DNA of 56,586 nt from Negaprion brevirostris (taxonomy: Eukaryota). The position numbers and the translations under genes are program-made. The stretch is from positions 28,936,257 to 28,992,842 of the forward strand of contig JARDVH010000128.1 in the NCBI GenBank assembly GCA_030324005.1, written 5' to 3'. Each line of letters begins with the position of its first letter. Position 1 is the first letter of the stretch. A model generated the notes under the pieces. That model searched no databases. It worked only from the letters and a program-made list of their open reading frames with translations, and was not told where the DNA came from. This document shows positions 24,917 through 37,654 of the stretch, piece after piece.

Positions 24917-25582
24917 GGATGGAATCTTCCATTCTGGAGTCTAAGTCTGGTACCATCAGGAAAGTTGGCATAATTCCTGTGGACAGTATGATGACAGTAT
25001 GATGACTGAACATTTGCAATCTTCCACTGTTCAGCTTATTACTTTAGCATCTGTGAAGAGCATGGCGAGTCTCATGCTGAAGCAGCAGGAAGTCTCCCAC
25101 AATGCCATTACTTCATGGGGTCAAAGGTCCTGGTGCCATATTTAAAAGGCATCAGACATTCACTCAATGCCAACTAGGAGCTCTGCATTATTCCTCCAGA
25201 GTCTTTGTGGCTGTGGCTCATACTAGAGAATTTGGCAGGTGTGAGAAATTATGGGGCGGTGGGATTCACCAGACCTGCTAGCCTCTAATGGGAATCCTGA
25301 CAGCCTGTTAAATCAGGCATCAGGGCCAAAATGGGATACCTACTGGGCAGCAAACCCGTTGCAAATCTCTTGGCCCACCCTACAGGTCACGACCACATTC
25401 CTACCCAGGGCAGACAGGAACCTCATGAATATTCAAAAATACTCACTGGAATGCAATTAGCAGACTTGAAGGCAATTGAATGACCTCCTTCAATGCACCG
25501 AGCTCCCCAGTCCTGAAAAGAGAGGACTAACTGAACTTCATGCTTGAGTTCCTCCAGTCAGATTTCTGCCTTGTCACAGTAT
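24917..25582. mobile_element. Harbinger-type non-autonomous element remnant
   Basis: Starts GGGATGGAATCTTCC, the same TIR family as other MITEs; runs into a gap. Confidence 0.4.
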
Positions 25583-25980
25583 NNNNNNNNNNNNNNNNNN
25601 NNNNNNNNNNNNNNNNNNNNNNNNNNNNNNNNNNNNNNNNNNNNNNNNNNNNNNNNNNNNNNNNNNNNNNNNNNNNNNNNNNCCAGTCAGATTTCTGCCT
25701 TGTCACAGTATAATTCTTCTTATCAAATGTGACTGCACCAAAGGTAAACTATCCCTCTTTGTTCTTCTCAATCTATCTGCACAGCTGATCACGCCATTCT
25801 CCTCCACTGCTTCTTCACCATTGTCTAGCTGGGTGGGACTGCACCACTATAGTCTAACTGTAACCAGATAATCACCTATAAGAATTTCTGTTCCCACTCC
25901 TACACTGTAACTCTGGTGTCCTCCAAGATGTTATCCTTAACCCCAACTTACTTCACATATATATTCTGCCCCATCTTAAT

Positions 25981-26300
25981 AACATAAAACATAAGAAATA
26001 GAAGTAGGAATTGATCATATGGTCCCTCAGGCCTGTTCCACCAATCAACGTGATCATGGCTGATCTTCTGCCTCAACTCCACTTTCCTGCCCATTTCCCA
26101 TATTCCTTGAGAGATCAAAAATTTATTGATCTCAGTCTTGAATAATCACAATGACGGTACATCCACAGTACCCTGGGTAGACAATTCTGCAGATTCACAA
26201 GCCTTTATTTTTCTTCATCTCGGTCTTTATCCTGAGACTCTGTCCCCACGGTTTGGTTTCACTAGCCAGGGAAACAAGCTCTCAGTGTCTACTCTATCAA
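25981..26300 (-). mobile_element. CR1 3' end nested in L2
   Basis: aacataagaaatagaagtagga..gatcatggctgatc is the reverse complement of a CR1 3' UTR. Confidence 0.7.
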
Positions 26301-27090
26301 GCCATGAAGACTGAAACCATTTTCTTCTGTCCCCACTCCAAATTCCATTTCCTAGTCGCCAACTCCAATCTTCTCCCTGGCAATTGGAGGTTAAACCAGA
26401 CTGTTTTCAAACTTTGTATAATATTTGATTCTGAGATGAGCTTCTAACCACATATCCTTGCCACTAAGGCCACAGATTTCCACTATTGGAACATCACCCA
26501 ACTCCAACCCTGCATCAGTTCATCTTCTGCCGAAACCCTCATCCACATCTTTGTTACCTCTAATCTTTACTATTTGTACCCATTCCTAGCCAACATTTAA
26601 CTCTCTATAAACTCAACTTCATCCAAAACTCTGTTATCCGTGTCCTTAACTTGTTCACCTATTACCCTTGTACTCACTGATTTACATTAGTTCCTGGTTA
26701 AGCAATGCCTCAACTAAAAAATTCTAATCGTTTTCCAATCACTCCACGTCCTCATCCCTTCCTACTTCTGTAATTTTCTCCAGCTCCTGTCCTCTGAGAT
26801 ATTTGTACTGCTCTAATTCCATCCACTTGCACATCTGATTTTAATTTCTCCATCATTGGTGACCATGGCTTCATCANNNNNNNNNNNNNNNNNNNNNNNN
26901 NNNNNNNNNNNNNNNNNNNNNNNNNNNNNNNNNNNNNNNNNNNNNNNNNNNNNNNNNNNNNNNNNNNNNNNNNNNNGACCATGGCTTCATCTACCAAGGC
27001 ACTAAACCCGGAAATTCCCTCCTCTTAACTCATTTTCCTCCTTTAAGATGTTCCTTGAAATTATATCTCTGTCCAAGGTTTTTGTTCAGT

Positions 27091-28065
27091 GTCTAGTGGG
27101 ATTCCGCAGGAATCTGTGCTGGGGCCCGAATTGTTCACATTAAATATGAATGATTTGGAAGAGGGAACTGAATGTATTATCTCCAAATGGATGAGCTGTG
27201 AGAAGGATATAGAGATGCTTCAGCATGATTTGGACAGGCTGAGTGCATGGGCATATGCACGGCAGATGCAGTATAATGTGGACAAGTGTGAGGTTATCCA
27301 CTTTGGTAGCAGTAATTGGAAGACAGATTATTACTTGAATGGGTGTAAATTGAGAAAGGTGGATACTCAGCGAGACCTTGATGCCCTCATGTATCAGTCG
27401 CTGAAAGTGCAGGTACAGAAAGCAGTAAAGAAGGCAAATGGTGTGTTGACCTTCATAGTGAGAGGATTTGAGTATAGGGAGAGGGATGTTTTGCTGCAAT
27501 TGTACAGGATATTGGTGAGGCCACACCTGGAGTATTGTGTGCAGTTTCGGTGTCCTTATCTGAGGAAGGATGCCCTTGCTATAAAGGGAGTACAGCAAAG
27601 ATTTACCAGGCTGATTCCTGGGACAGCAGGTCTATCATATGGGGACAGACTAAGTCAGCTAGGACTATATCCACTGGAGTTTAGAAGAGTGAGAGGGGAT
27701 CTCATAGAAACTTATAAAATTCTAATACGGTTAGACAGGGTAGATTCAGAAAGAATGTTCAAGACAGTGGGAAAGTCCAGGAATCCAGAACTAGGTGTCA
27801 TAATTTGAGAACTGTGGTGAGGAGAAATTTCTTCACCCAGAGAAGCGGTGAATGTAATGAATTCACTACCACAGAAAGTAGTTGAGGCCAAAACATTGCC
27901 TGATTTCAAGAAGAAATTAGATATTGCTCTGGGGGCTAAAGGGATCCAGAGATATGGGGCGAAGGGTGGATCAGGATATTGAATTCAATGATCAGCCATG
28001 ATCAAAATGGATGGTGGAGCAGACTTGAAGGGCCAAATGGCCTACTCCTGCGTCTAGTTTCTATG
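27091..28065 (+). mobile_element. 5'-truncated CR1/HER1 LINE (RT C-terminal part and 3' UTR) with a 10-bp TSD
   Basis: ORF 27089-27808 with SGIPQESVLGP, NVDKCEVIHFG, LVRPHLEYCVQF, LEFRRVRGDLIETYK; TTTGTTCAGT at both 27081-27090 and 28066-28075. Confidence 0.92.
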
Positions 28066-28509
28066 TTTGTTCAGTATTCAATTTCACTTTAAAACACATC
28101 TTTTGTAATGCCTCAGGACATTTTATTAAGTTAAAGCGCTATATAAATACAAATTGTTATTGTTGGTTAAAGTACTTTTTGATCTGAGTAATTGCTATGT
28201 AAATGTCAATTGTACCTCTTCTCATCCCCCACCTGTTCCCATCCTAGAAAAATAACAGATTTTTTAAAAAAATTGATTGCTGTACATGTCTACTGTCTGT
28301 CACTTTGTAATCATGCTTCCTAAGCCAACTGTGATGTCTCACTCTCTCTCATTCACCTCCTTGTGAGTTACAGAATATCAGTTTGACAGTGAGACGAAAA
28401 TAATTCTGTAAACATCAAGCTTGAAGGATAGTCTGCATTCCTACATTACCCAAAGTAAAATTTAACACTTATTCAGAATTTACCAATTGCCTTTGCTTCC
28501 ATTCATGAC

Positions 28510-28620
28510 ACGGGACTGACAAATTGATCTTGCCACCCCAGGGTTAGGGAATAAAAATGAGCCAATGCCCCCTCCTGATCACTATTTAGTCAAACTATTG
28601 AAAAGTTATGCTTGTGGATT
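28510..28620 (+). mobile_element. LF-SINE-like fragment
   Basis: acaaattg..cccagggttagggaataaaaatgagcc..ctcctgatcactat..gaaaag..tgtgga matches the LF-SINE core. Confidence 0.5.
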
Positions 28621-28738
28621 CAGTTCCAATTCTCCTCTTAGTCAAATATTAAACTAACCCCATACATGTATACTGGAAAGCAGCTGCTGGTGAAGGAATT
28701 ATACATGGCATATGTGCACCATGAAGAGGGAATGGGAG

Positions 28739-29000
28739 TGTGGTAACTTGGCCCCTTTAAAGAGGCATTCCCTAAGGACCACATGATCGGGCCAAACGCT
28801 ATGGAATGTCGTGTGGGGAGCTGAGCCAATTGAGTGGTGTATTCACGAGTCAGGGAGGTTCCTCAGTTGGAGCCAGGGAGGAGTGTTGTACAGTCGCATT
28901 GTTTATTCTGTCTGACCCTTTTATTGTAAATACCTGTTTATCATTGGCAATAAAGCCTTTGATACTTTGAGCCACATCGTGTCGCCCTCGATTTATTACA
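28739..29000 (+). mobile_element. Solo LTR of a Gypsy retrotransposon
   Basis: TG...CA ends, AATAAA at ~28949, imperfect 5-bp TSD gggag/ggaag; homologous to the LTR at 30376-30630. Confidence 0.8.
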
Positions 29001-29574
29001 GGAAGCAAAGAAGCCTGTTTTAAATAGCAGAAGCCATCCCTCAGATCTTTTCATCACAAACCTCACCATGGGCATTGGTTATTAGAAACAGTGTTACTGA
29101 TTTATTTTGGAACAGAAGCCTGCTCCCCTAACTTTGCTTGACACTTCCATGTTCCAGTTGTCAGACAGTGACTGATGTTGCACTCGTTAAGAAAAATGAT
29201 AGCCCACCATACTGATGTAAGGTTTAGTCATTTATTCTTCCATTTGTTTGTGTAAACTTTAGTGATATTTTCTTTAAACACATACTTTACATATTTAGTC
29301 TGTGACAAAGCATAACAAGTTTTTATAGACTCATCTGTTTTAAAGTTTAGCTCAAAGAGAAACTCACAGAAACCATCACATCTATTTGTCAGTCAAAAGA
29401 CATGAATCATATCCTATATGCAGCCTGTACTCAGCCAGGAATATTTCTTCCTACTGTTCAATGTAACTTCATTGAAAAGAACTCTTTAAACNNNNNNNNN
29501 NNNNNNNNNNNNNNNNNNNNNNNNNNNNNNNNNNNGAGAATGCAACATTTTACATTCTGAAAATCCAGTAACAG

Positions 29575-29790
29575 CAACATTCACTTCCAGGTACAGAACC
29601 AGAATGATTGGATATAGAGCACTGCACCATCATTCCAGGACAGTTTCCGCACGGGTTCGTTACAGAGTAAAGCTCCTCTACACTGAACATCAAAAACCCC
29701 CAAAGCAGACACAGCAAAAGCTACTTATTAATTAAGGCTTCCGCTACAATGCCCTGTCAACATTCGGAACACAGTTAGATATACAGGATG
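29575..29790 (-). repeat. Degenerate copies of the ~67-bp chondrichthyan tandem repeat
   Basis: tacagagtaaagctcctctacactg..catcaaa motif, as at 36710-36870. Confidence 0.6.
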
Positions 29791-30375
29791 TTAAACACTG
29801 TATTTTAAAATCATTGCTAGTGAAACTAGTGGACAAATTATTGATATATTTAAAATAAAAATGTAAATTACTCTATTAGAAATTCGGGCAGCAGATAATA
29901 ATAGGAATGCACTAAATGTATATCAGCAGCAATCATTTTCAGCCTAGACTGAAGGGTGAAAGTCTACCCCGTTCACTGAGTCTAAATCTTCTTTATAAAA
30001 TGTTTGGGCAGACTGAATACAGTTTCTATGAGCTGTAGACACCGAGCACAAAATTCCTCACTGGGATGGTTGACGTACAGATTGTAAAGAATTTACATGA
30101 ATATTACAGAACAGCATGGAGTCAGGATTGGGACACATTGCTAAAAAGAGCATAGTGACCAAGGTGTCATAATCTCAATTTTGAGGGGCGGGTCTCATTA
30201 TGTTATGTCCAGTAACCATTTAGCAGAGAACAGGTTTCCTGGGTACTTTGTGACATACATCAATGGTAATCAATTATTCTGAAGCTGAAAAGGAATTTTA
30301 CTATTCTGGTATTTAAACTTGTGGAATTTTATCACCATTCTCCTGTACTCACAGAAGATTAATATATCAATAACA

Positions 30376-30891
30376 GCGGTAGTGTGGCCCTTTTAAGGAG
30401 GTGTTCCTTGAGGGTCATGTGATCAGGCTGGAACCTATGGGATGTCAAGGCAGGAAGCTGAGCCAATCAAGTGCAAGGGCCGTATCCTGGGTCAGGGAGG
30501 TTCTTCAGTTGGAGTCGGGGAGAGTATTGTACAGTCACAGAGTTACCCTGGCTAACTCTTTAAGTGTAAATACATTTATATTCATCGGCAACAAAACCTA
30601 AGCTTCATGAGTTGGCCTCAACTTATTACACTGGCGATAAGAATAAACTTACGAAGAGACTGGGACATTGAAAAGACAAAGAAGCAAGGTAAAATGCCTT
30701 TCATTGGGAAAATAAAACCATTTGACCACAAAGTGGAAAATTGGGGACTGTATTTTGAAAGACTGCATTACTTCTCTGTAGCAAATGGAATAACAGCTGA
30801 AAAAAAGCAAAAGATTATCCTACTCACAGTCCTGGCCCACAGACTTACAGCTTAGTGAGAAATTTAATATTGCCAGACACTCCAGAACAAA
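30376..30891 (+). mobile_element. Gypsy 5' LTR, PBS and truncated gag
   Basis: LTR ends ttattaca at 30630; PBS-like tggcgataag at 30632; gag from ATG 30694 MPFIGKIKPFDHKVENWGLYFERLHYFSVANGI; cut by a Harbinger-type TIR at 30892. Confidence 0.8.
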
Positions 30892-31671
30892 GGCCACAAT
30901 TCTCCCGAATTAGGACTACGTGCCCATGGCAATGGGCAAACTGGAGTGTTTCTCACTGGGGCCAGCAGCGATATGCACGTTATTCAGAATATGGTAATTG
31001 GTTTATTTTCCCCCCCATGTGTTTCACGCTGTCTTCTTGATGCCTGGGGCTCGATTTGCTGTAGTCCAGATTCAGCTATTGGCCTTCTACAAGCAGGAGC
31101 AGTATTTCAGCACTCACTTAAGCAAGACTGTCACTTCAGCCAGCAATATGGCAGAGAGAAAGTCAGCACCTAGATTCCTTGAGTCAAAGGTGGAGAGGAT
31201 GCTGGAAGCTTTGAAGAAGAGGATGGTCTAGATTTGGTTGGAGGCTGCCACCAGCTGGGGTTGCGGAAGCATGAGAAGCGGTATTCGAGGGAGGAAGTAC
31301 CAGGACCCTCACAGGAAGGTGGGCATGCAGTGCCACAAGATGACGAATGACCTATTCTGGGCTGCAAGGAAGAGTGTCCACTTCCCTGTCCCTGGCATCA
31401 CTCATGTATCTAACCTCTGTCATCTCTCCTTCAACACCACCCCCCATCCCATCTTCTAACACTGTCACACAGAATTCCCATCTGATCCGCAGCAACCTCA
31501 CCTCACAGTCCACATCATACCTCCTGATTGGCCTGGCTTGATGCCCACACATGGCATTAGCTATGAGCGTCNNNNNNNNNNNNNNNNNNNNNNNNNNNNN
31601 NNNNNNNNNNNNNNNNNNNNNNNNNNNNNNNNNNNNNNNNNNNNNNNNNNNNNNNNNNNNNNNNNNNNNNN

Positions 31672-31750
31672 TCCTATAATGTGGGGACCAGAACTGCACA
31701 CAATACTCCAAGTGTGGCCGCACCAGAGTTTTGTACAGTTGCAACATGTC
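31672..31750 (-). mobile_element. CR1 RT fragment next to a gap
   Basis: MLQLYKTLVRPHLEYCVQFWSPHYR. Confidence 0.85.
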
Positions 31751-34689
31751 CTATTATATCCAGGACAAGATCACAAATGAAAGCAGGAACATCATCAAAG
31801 AATTACAATCTCACAGATTACTGTAAACAATTAAAGAAACCTCCTGACAATGTTATGATTACAGCTTATTACGTCTAGACTTTAGAGGCTCTTAGATTCA
31901 TTAATTCTATACACCTACGTATTGATAATTAAACATGCATTGCAAACATGCATTGTAAATCATTGTACTTCACTGGAAGGGGAAAGGTCTTTTTAAAAAC
32001 AGTTGTGTGTGCCTTTAGGAATTGCAGCATGGCATCACTAGAAAAATATGGCCCATAATTTCCTGGTTCCTGAATGTTGCATTTTCGGGGTACCCCAATG
32101 ATGCACTGGGGAATCCCTCTATGAAGTACCCATATAAAGTATTCACTCCCTCTGGACAATTGCACTGGGCTGGGAACCATCTGACAAAAGTGATTTAAAT
32201 CGTTAACTTCAGATAATTCTGCCAGTTTACCCTGATAGTTATTCTGAAAAAGTTAAAAGGGAAATAAATAACCCAGACCCAGCTTTGCATTGGACACACT
32301 ACTCACACATGACCCTGCCCCCTTCCAGGGGCACATCACAGCACCCTACCCTGATACCAGTCCTCACCCCCTCTGAATAGAGGGCCCTGGAAATTGCAGG
32401 TGAGACCCAGGAGCGATCTGTCACTGGCTGCAAGGTTGGCAGTCCCTGAGCAAGTGAGAGCCCAAAGCACCATGATCCAGGTGACCTATTTCAAGTGAGT
32501 CTAACATCCCTCACACCTTTGACATCTTCACCAACTGACCCCATGTCCTTTATCTTGAATAACCTCCATCACATAAGGCCAAGCCATCCGAGATTGCATC
32601 ATGTTATACCATTCCTGCGAACACCCGGGCCACAGCTCCAGGGAGGACACAGACATCCCGTCATTGCATTCATCAGCACCAAGCACCAGCGTAGACACTC
32701 ACCTTCGTGGGAAACATTAGTGGACAGATTCTGGGGCACTCCCTGGTGAGCATCACACAGCTGCAATTGCACATTGGTCGAAAGCTGGAACATCTGAAGG
32801 AGTGGCCAGTTGGAGGGCTACTGGCCCCAAGGCAGATGTTGAAACTGTGGAGATGTTCATTCCAATAATGGTCAATATGCAAAAGCAGAGTCAGGCTTTA
32901 CAGGAGTGGGTATCAGTGGACTTTCAGCAGATGTAGGCACAACTGTAAGAGTCTGGGAGCCTCATCTCGCAGGAGTTGGTGTTGGCATTGAGTGGTACCC
33001 AGACCAACACTGCATGTGTGGCGTCTGCAAGGAAAGCCTGGGCCACCATAACATACCATGATAAATGATTTCCAAGGAATGGCCCAGTCAGTGATGTCCA
33101 TGGCTATGGCCCAGTCATGATGTGAAGATGCTCAGTCATACATGTGATATGTCACTGGCGTGGAGGGACAATTGCTGAAGCGCATCAGAGCTTAGCCCAG
33201 TTACACAGGACCACAGGTCAGAGCATTCATAGCATTGTGCAATTGCTAAGGGCCATGGCTGAAGGCATCAGAACCATGGTACAGCTAATGGCAGGCTTCC
33301 AGGACTGACAGTGCCAGATGACAGAGAAGCTTCTGGAGCTCACTCCAGCTGCCCCTCCATCCCAAAGGATGATCCAGGGGCCAACGATCTCCCAGAGGGT
33401 GCCCAGCTCAGGACCTTCAACTATGCAGACTCAGGCCTTGACCAGTCCTTCTGAATTTCCCCCCTTCCTGACACTGGCATTTCTCCTGGACAGCAGACAG
33501 AACAGGGTGTCACCCATGACATTCAAAAATCAGCTGGGCCCCTCCAGGTCCAGACCCTCAAAGGAGACCCACCAAGGGCATCACAATCCAGAGGGTGCAA
33601 TCAACACCAGACTGTCTTCACCTTTGATATGCAATTTGGGGACACACAAAGGAGTGGGAGGGTACGAAAGAACAGGAAGATAGAGGACCACAAAATAGGC
33701 ATGAGTGAAGTTTCACACTTATAGTTAGGGGAAGGGAACACCACTTTACACTGTAACAAATAAACGCATGTCATCTTCATACTAATTGACCTATCAATAT
33801 TCTGTCTGTCCCATAAGAGGAGGGGAAACAGGGAAGGGGGCTATGTCGACTGTTTGAATCTCTGATTCTCCCACAGTGCCTCTGTACTCATTCCTAACTG
33901 GGGGTCTTTGAGATCAACAGTGTTAGACAGATGCCATTGAAACATCACCAGTCCTTTGATGATCTGACTTTTGAGCCTCCCCTCTCCGACCCTTTACTGT
34001 TAAGTGGAATCGTGTGAACCACCATTCCAGCAATGATGAGCTGGGAGGTAAGTGGGCTGTCATCAGACTTCAGATGGTGAGGAGCATCATGGATTTTCTA
34101 CAGTGGCTTCCAATGAAACCTGCTGACACTGCCAACACAGGCCCCTCAACCTGGTGTGATGCCATGCNNNNNNNNNNNNNNNNNNNNNNNNNNNNNNNNN
34201 NNNNNNNNNNNNNNNNNNNNNNNNNNNNNNNNNNNNNNNNNNNNNNNNNNNNNNNNNNNNNNNNNNNNNNNNNNNNNNNNNNNNNNNNNNNNNNNNNNNN
34301 NNNNNNNNNNNNNNNNNNNNNNNNNNNNNNNNNNNNNNNNNNNNNNNNNNNNNNNNNNNNNNNNNNNNNNNNNNNNNNNNNNNNNNNNNNNNNNNNNNNN
34401 NNNNNNNNNNNNNNNNNGCACCATTTCCTTACGAAGGCACAGTCTTCGGTATTGAATGATCAGAGCCTCCTGTATAGCCGGGACCGTCTTCGTACCCCTC
34501 TACTGCCTGATGAGTGGCTGACATCCAAGCCTCTGTGTGGCAGCCATCTGATGTTTGTTGTCTGACTCCTGTGATGTTGAATCAGGCGTGGGATGGTCCT
34601 GGCACAAACACCAATCTGCCTCTGTGGCACACAATACCATGATGGCTAGCTGGCCTGGCTGCAAGCCAATATACATTGTTTCTCTATAG

Positions 34690-34755
34690 GGAGGATGGAG
34701 AAGGGGAAGGAGAGGAGAGGGGGAGGGAGGGAGAGAGAGAGAGAGAGAGAGAGAC
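34690..34755. repeat. Polypurine / (GA)n microsatellite
   Basis: ggagaggggag... followed by (GA)n. Confidence 0.85.
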
Positions 34756-35094
34756 TCAGCAGTGTCAAAACCCTGTTGCCCTCAAGTCTTCTCTTAGTCC
34801 TGAGTCGTGTTGCATTTGAAGACTGACGAACCCTCTACATTGCAGCTGACCAGTGTCACTTGCAGGAGCTGCTTCCTCTAAGAGTGTGATTGGCCCCTGC
34901 TCTTTCAGACTCGCTCATTGCCTCTGGGTTAGGTAATTCCCTAACCCAACTGGATGGTCATCGAACTCCAAACTGCAGTGTGGCCACCCAAAGAACAGGC
35001 AACTTTTCCTCTCATGCCTGGCTGGAAAATCTAGAACATGGGGCCGCAGTTTCAGGATAACGGTTGATCATCCTGGACTGAAAGGAAGATAAAT

Positions 35095-35630
35095 TTCTTA
35101 CCTGAAAGAGTTGTGAATCTTTAAATTTTCTGTCTGGAGGGTTGTGATTGCTCCATTGTTGAATGTATTGAAGACTAAGATAGATAGGTTTTTGGAAAAA
35201 AGGGAATCAGAGGATTTGGGAGTGGGCACAAAGTGGAATTGAGGCTGAAGATCTGCCATGTTTGGATTGAAGTGTACTGTTTTCTTTTGCCTGTGACGGA
35301 GCAAGTTCAAGAAGCCAAATGCTCTATTTTTTGCTTTAATACTCTAATGGAAAAGTGAATCAAAAGAATCAAAGATGACATGAGAAAAACATTTTGATGT
35401 AGCCAGTGGTTATGGTCTGGATCGCACTGTCAGAGAGTTTGGTGGAGGCAGATTCTATTGTGGCTTTCAAAATGGAATTAGATAGCACCTGAAGAGAACA
35501 AAAATAGCAGAACCATGGGGAAAAGATGGGGGAGGGGGAAGAACTAACTAAGTTGCTGTCACAGAGCACTGGTACAGATATGACAGGTCAAATGGTCTCC
35601 TACTGTGCTAGAAGCATTCTGTGATTTTAA
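35095..35630 (+). mobile_element. Two tandem CR1 3' UTR fragments
   Basis: gagttgtgaatctt..aagactaagatagataggttttt..gatctgccatg; then gtggttatggtctgg..tggctttcaaaatggaattagat..aaatggtctcctactgtg. Confidence 0.55.
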
Positions 35631-36709
35631 TCCATACATCAAGGGACCTATTCCACAAAGCTAAAGATCTATCCAATGCATCTATCACTATATAGCGAAA
35701 GTTGCTTCCAATCTCAACTCATTCTTCAGACTCCATTGTCTTTGCTCAAGTCAGATCATGCACCGACTTAGTTTTCCACCATGCATCCTTAATATGTAAA
35801 TTACAGATCCCCTAATTGTGAATGGATTCATTTCTCTGTGGTACTGTTTGCTTTTGCCTCCCCTATTGGTGAAAATCATTCAGTCCTAGTGCCACAGCTT
35901 TTTGAATCTGTGATGGGGATTACTCACTTTGTCAGCTTGGAGCTGGATTCCTGAGGCTGTCACCATGGTGTTGTTTCCAACTGCTGCCAGACTTTGACAG
36001 CTGCAAGACTCCACGATGACAGCGCCAAACATCTCGGATAACATGCCGGGCCTGCTCCGCTTCCGTGCCGCTCACTCAGACACGCATAGCACACCATCTG
36101 ACAAGCACACAGATATGAGGCAAACAGAAACTCACAGGGAGACAACAAGGCTCCTCCTGACCTCTGTTCTCAGCCAGAGTCCATCTGAATGATCCAAGGG
36201 AACACCAAAAAACATAAGGCTTTTGGGAATAATTAGTTAAAGAGACATTGCATCCCTTTATTGCCAAGGCTGACTAAACAATTAAAAGTAAAATGCACTA
36301 CAGGGTTCATGCTACTTAAAAGAGGCTCAGTAAGTTATTTCTGATTGTTCAGCGACTTGTTTAAATCTGCCCAATGATCTGAGCATAAATTGTATACCTA
36401 TCCATGGCTTACCCTGGTAAAAGGGTCAAAAAGACAAGGAAGGATTCGGGTTCAATCTCTAGCTTGTTTTGAGCTAAGAGATTTCCATCAGTGGCACTGG
36501 CATCAGCACTCTGTGTTACCTTGGAGGAATCAATTTACTACTACTTCTAATTGTTACCCAGTGTTTGCAGCAGGTTGTTAAACAAGATTCTTCTTGGCTG
36601 CGTAATCCCAGTGCTAAGTAGCATGATGATATTTACTGGTGCTTATCTGAACATGAAGTTGAAGCATCATGGTACTGACAGTACCTGTGGATCTGCATCC
36701 CTTTATATA

Positions 36710-36870
36710 CTGTTCCATTAAACATTGCCTGAGCAGGTGTAGCATGAGTAAGATACAGAGTAAAGCTCCTTCTACATTGTCCCATCAAATTCTCCCAGGA
36801 CAGGTACAGCAAATGTTAGATACAGAATTAAGCTCCCCGCAGACCAAACCATTACAGATTCCAGTTCTGT
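36710..36870 (-). repeat. About 2.5 units of the ~67-bp chondrichthyan tandem repeat
   Basis: gatacagagtaaagctcc recurs as gatacagaattaagctcc about 67 nt later; ctacattgtcccatcaaa..cccaggacaggtacagca. Confidence 0.75.
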
Positions 36871-36889
36871 AAAAGGAAAAATTGAGTAA

Positions 36890-37575
36890 GATGCACCTAT
36901 ACTCCCTGGAGTTTAGAATGGGAGATTATACTGATTAAACATATACAGCCAGAATTTTCTGACCCCCGCCCCTGGATGGGACCCATTATCTACGCAGTGG
37001 TCAAAGGGGTGGGAAAAAGCTACCAGATTGTTTTTTCTCTGAGACCAGTTAGCCACTGAGAATCATCATGGTAGTCCTCGGAAATTACAACAAGTAGAAT
37101 GCTTTATAGAGATGCTATTCCACTCGCATCAGTATTAGCATAGAATTAGATAAGGTAAGTGGTAAAGTCCATTGATTTTCAGTGGAATCGGATGACCCCG
37201 GTAGTAGGCGAGGCTGGAAAATCCTGCCCTAGAAGTCTGAGAGNNNNNNNNNNNNNNNNNNNNNNNNNGTCCTGGCTGAAATTCAAGCGCATCATCTCAG
37301 TATGTGTGGTGGGTGTTTGGGACTGATTTGACAAGAAATTTTGTCACTTAGAGGGTTGTGAATCATTGCAATTCACTGCACCACCAAGCTACAAACACTT
37401 TGTTATTGAATATATTCAAAGCTGACATGAACAGAAGTTTTGAACTCTAAGGGGTTCAAAGAATCTGGGAGACAGGTGGGAAAAAGATCAAAGATCAGCC
37501 ATGATCTTATTGAATGGCGGAGCTAGCTTGAGGGTCACATGGCCTCCTCCTGTTCTTACTTGGTATGTTCCTATG
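36890..37575 (+). mobile_element. CR1 3' fragment with a nested MITE (~36948-37230)
   Basis: ctatactccctggagtttagaa..aaacatata | GCCAGAATTTTC...GGAAAATCCTGCCC | tagaagtctgagag; CR1 3' UTR gatcagccatgatcttattgaatggcgg. Confidence 0.7.
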
Positions 37576-37654
37576 ATACAGCTTGGTAAGAATTTTGAGA
37601 CTCATGAAACTTAAAAGCAGAAAGAAGAGAGACTTTACGGTTCAAATATACAGC

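Larger units (their letters stand above)
25745..28165 (+). mobile_element. L2 LINE host element containing two CR1 insertions
   Basis: L2 RT-like ggtgtcctccaaga..atcctt; ETLIHIFVTSNLYY..KLNFIQNS C-terminus; L2 tail gttaaagcgctatataaatacaaattgttattgttg at ~28130-28165. Confidence 0.7.
30892..35060. mobile_element. Harbinger-derived region B (Myb-like ORF on +, long degraded ORF1/transposase debris, gaps)
   Basis: TIR GGCCACAATTCTCC at 30892; MAERKSAPRFLESKVERMLEAL (31148) and QCHKMTNDLFWAAR; further TIR-like ggcccataatttcc at ~32050; probably more than one element. Confidence 0.55.

Noticed and set aside
27089-27808. Longest clean ORF as a host gene or active RT
   Set aside because: 5'-truncated CR1 fragment lacking the catalytic FADD motif
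34014-34565. Long ORFs spanning N runs (also 14574, 16800, 31352, 52810, 54762)
   Set aside because: Their length comes from assembly gaps
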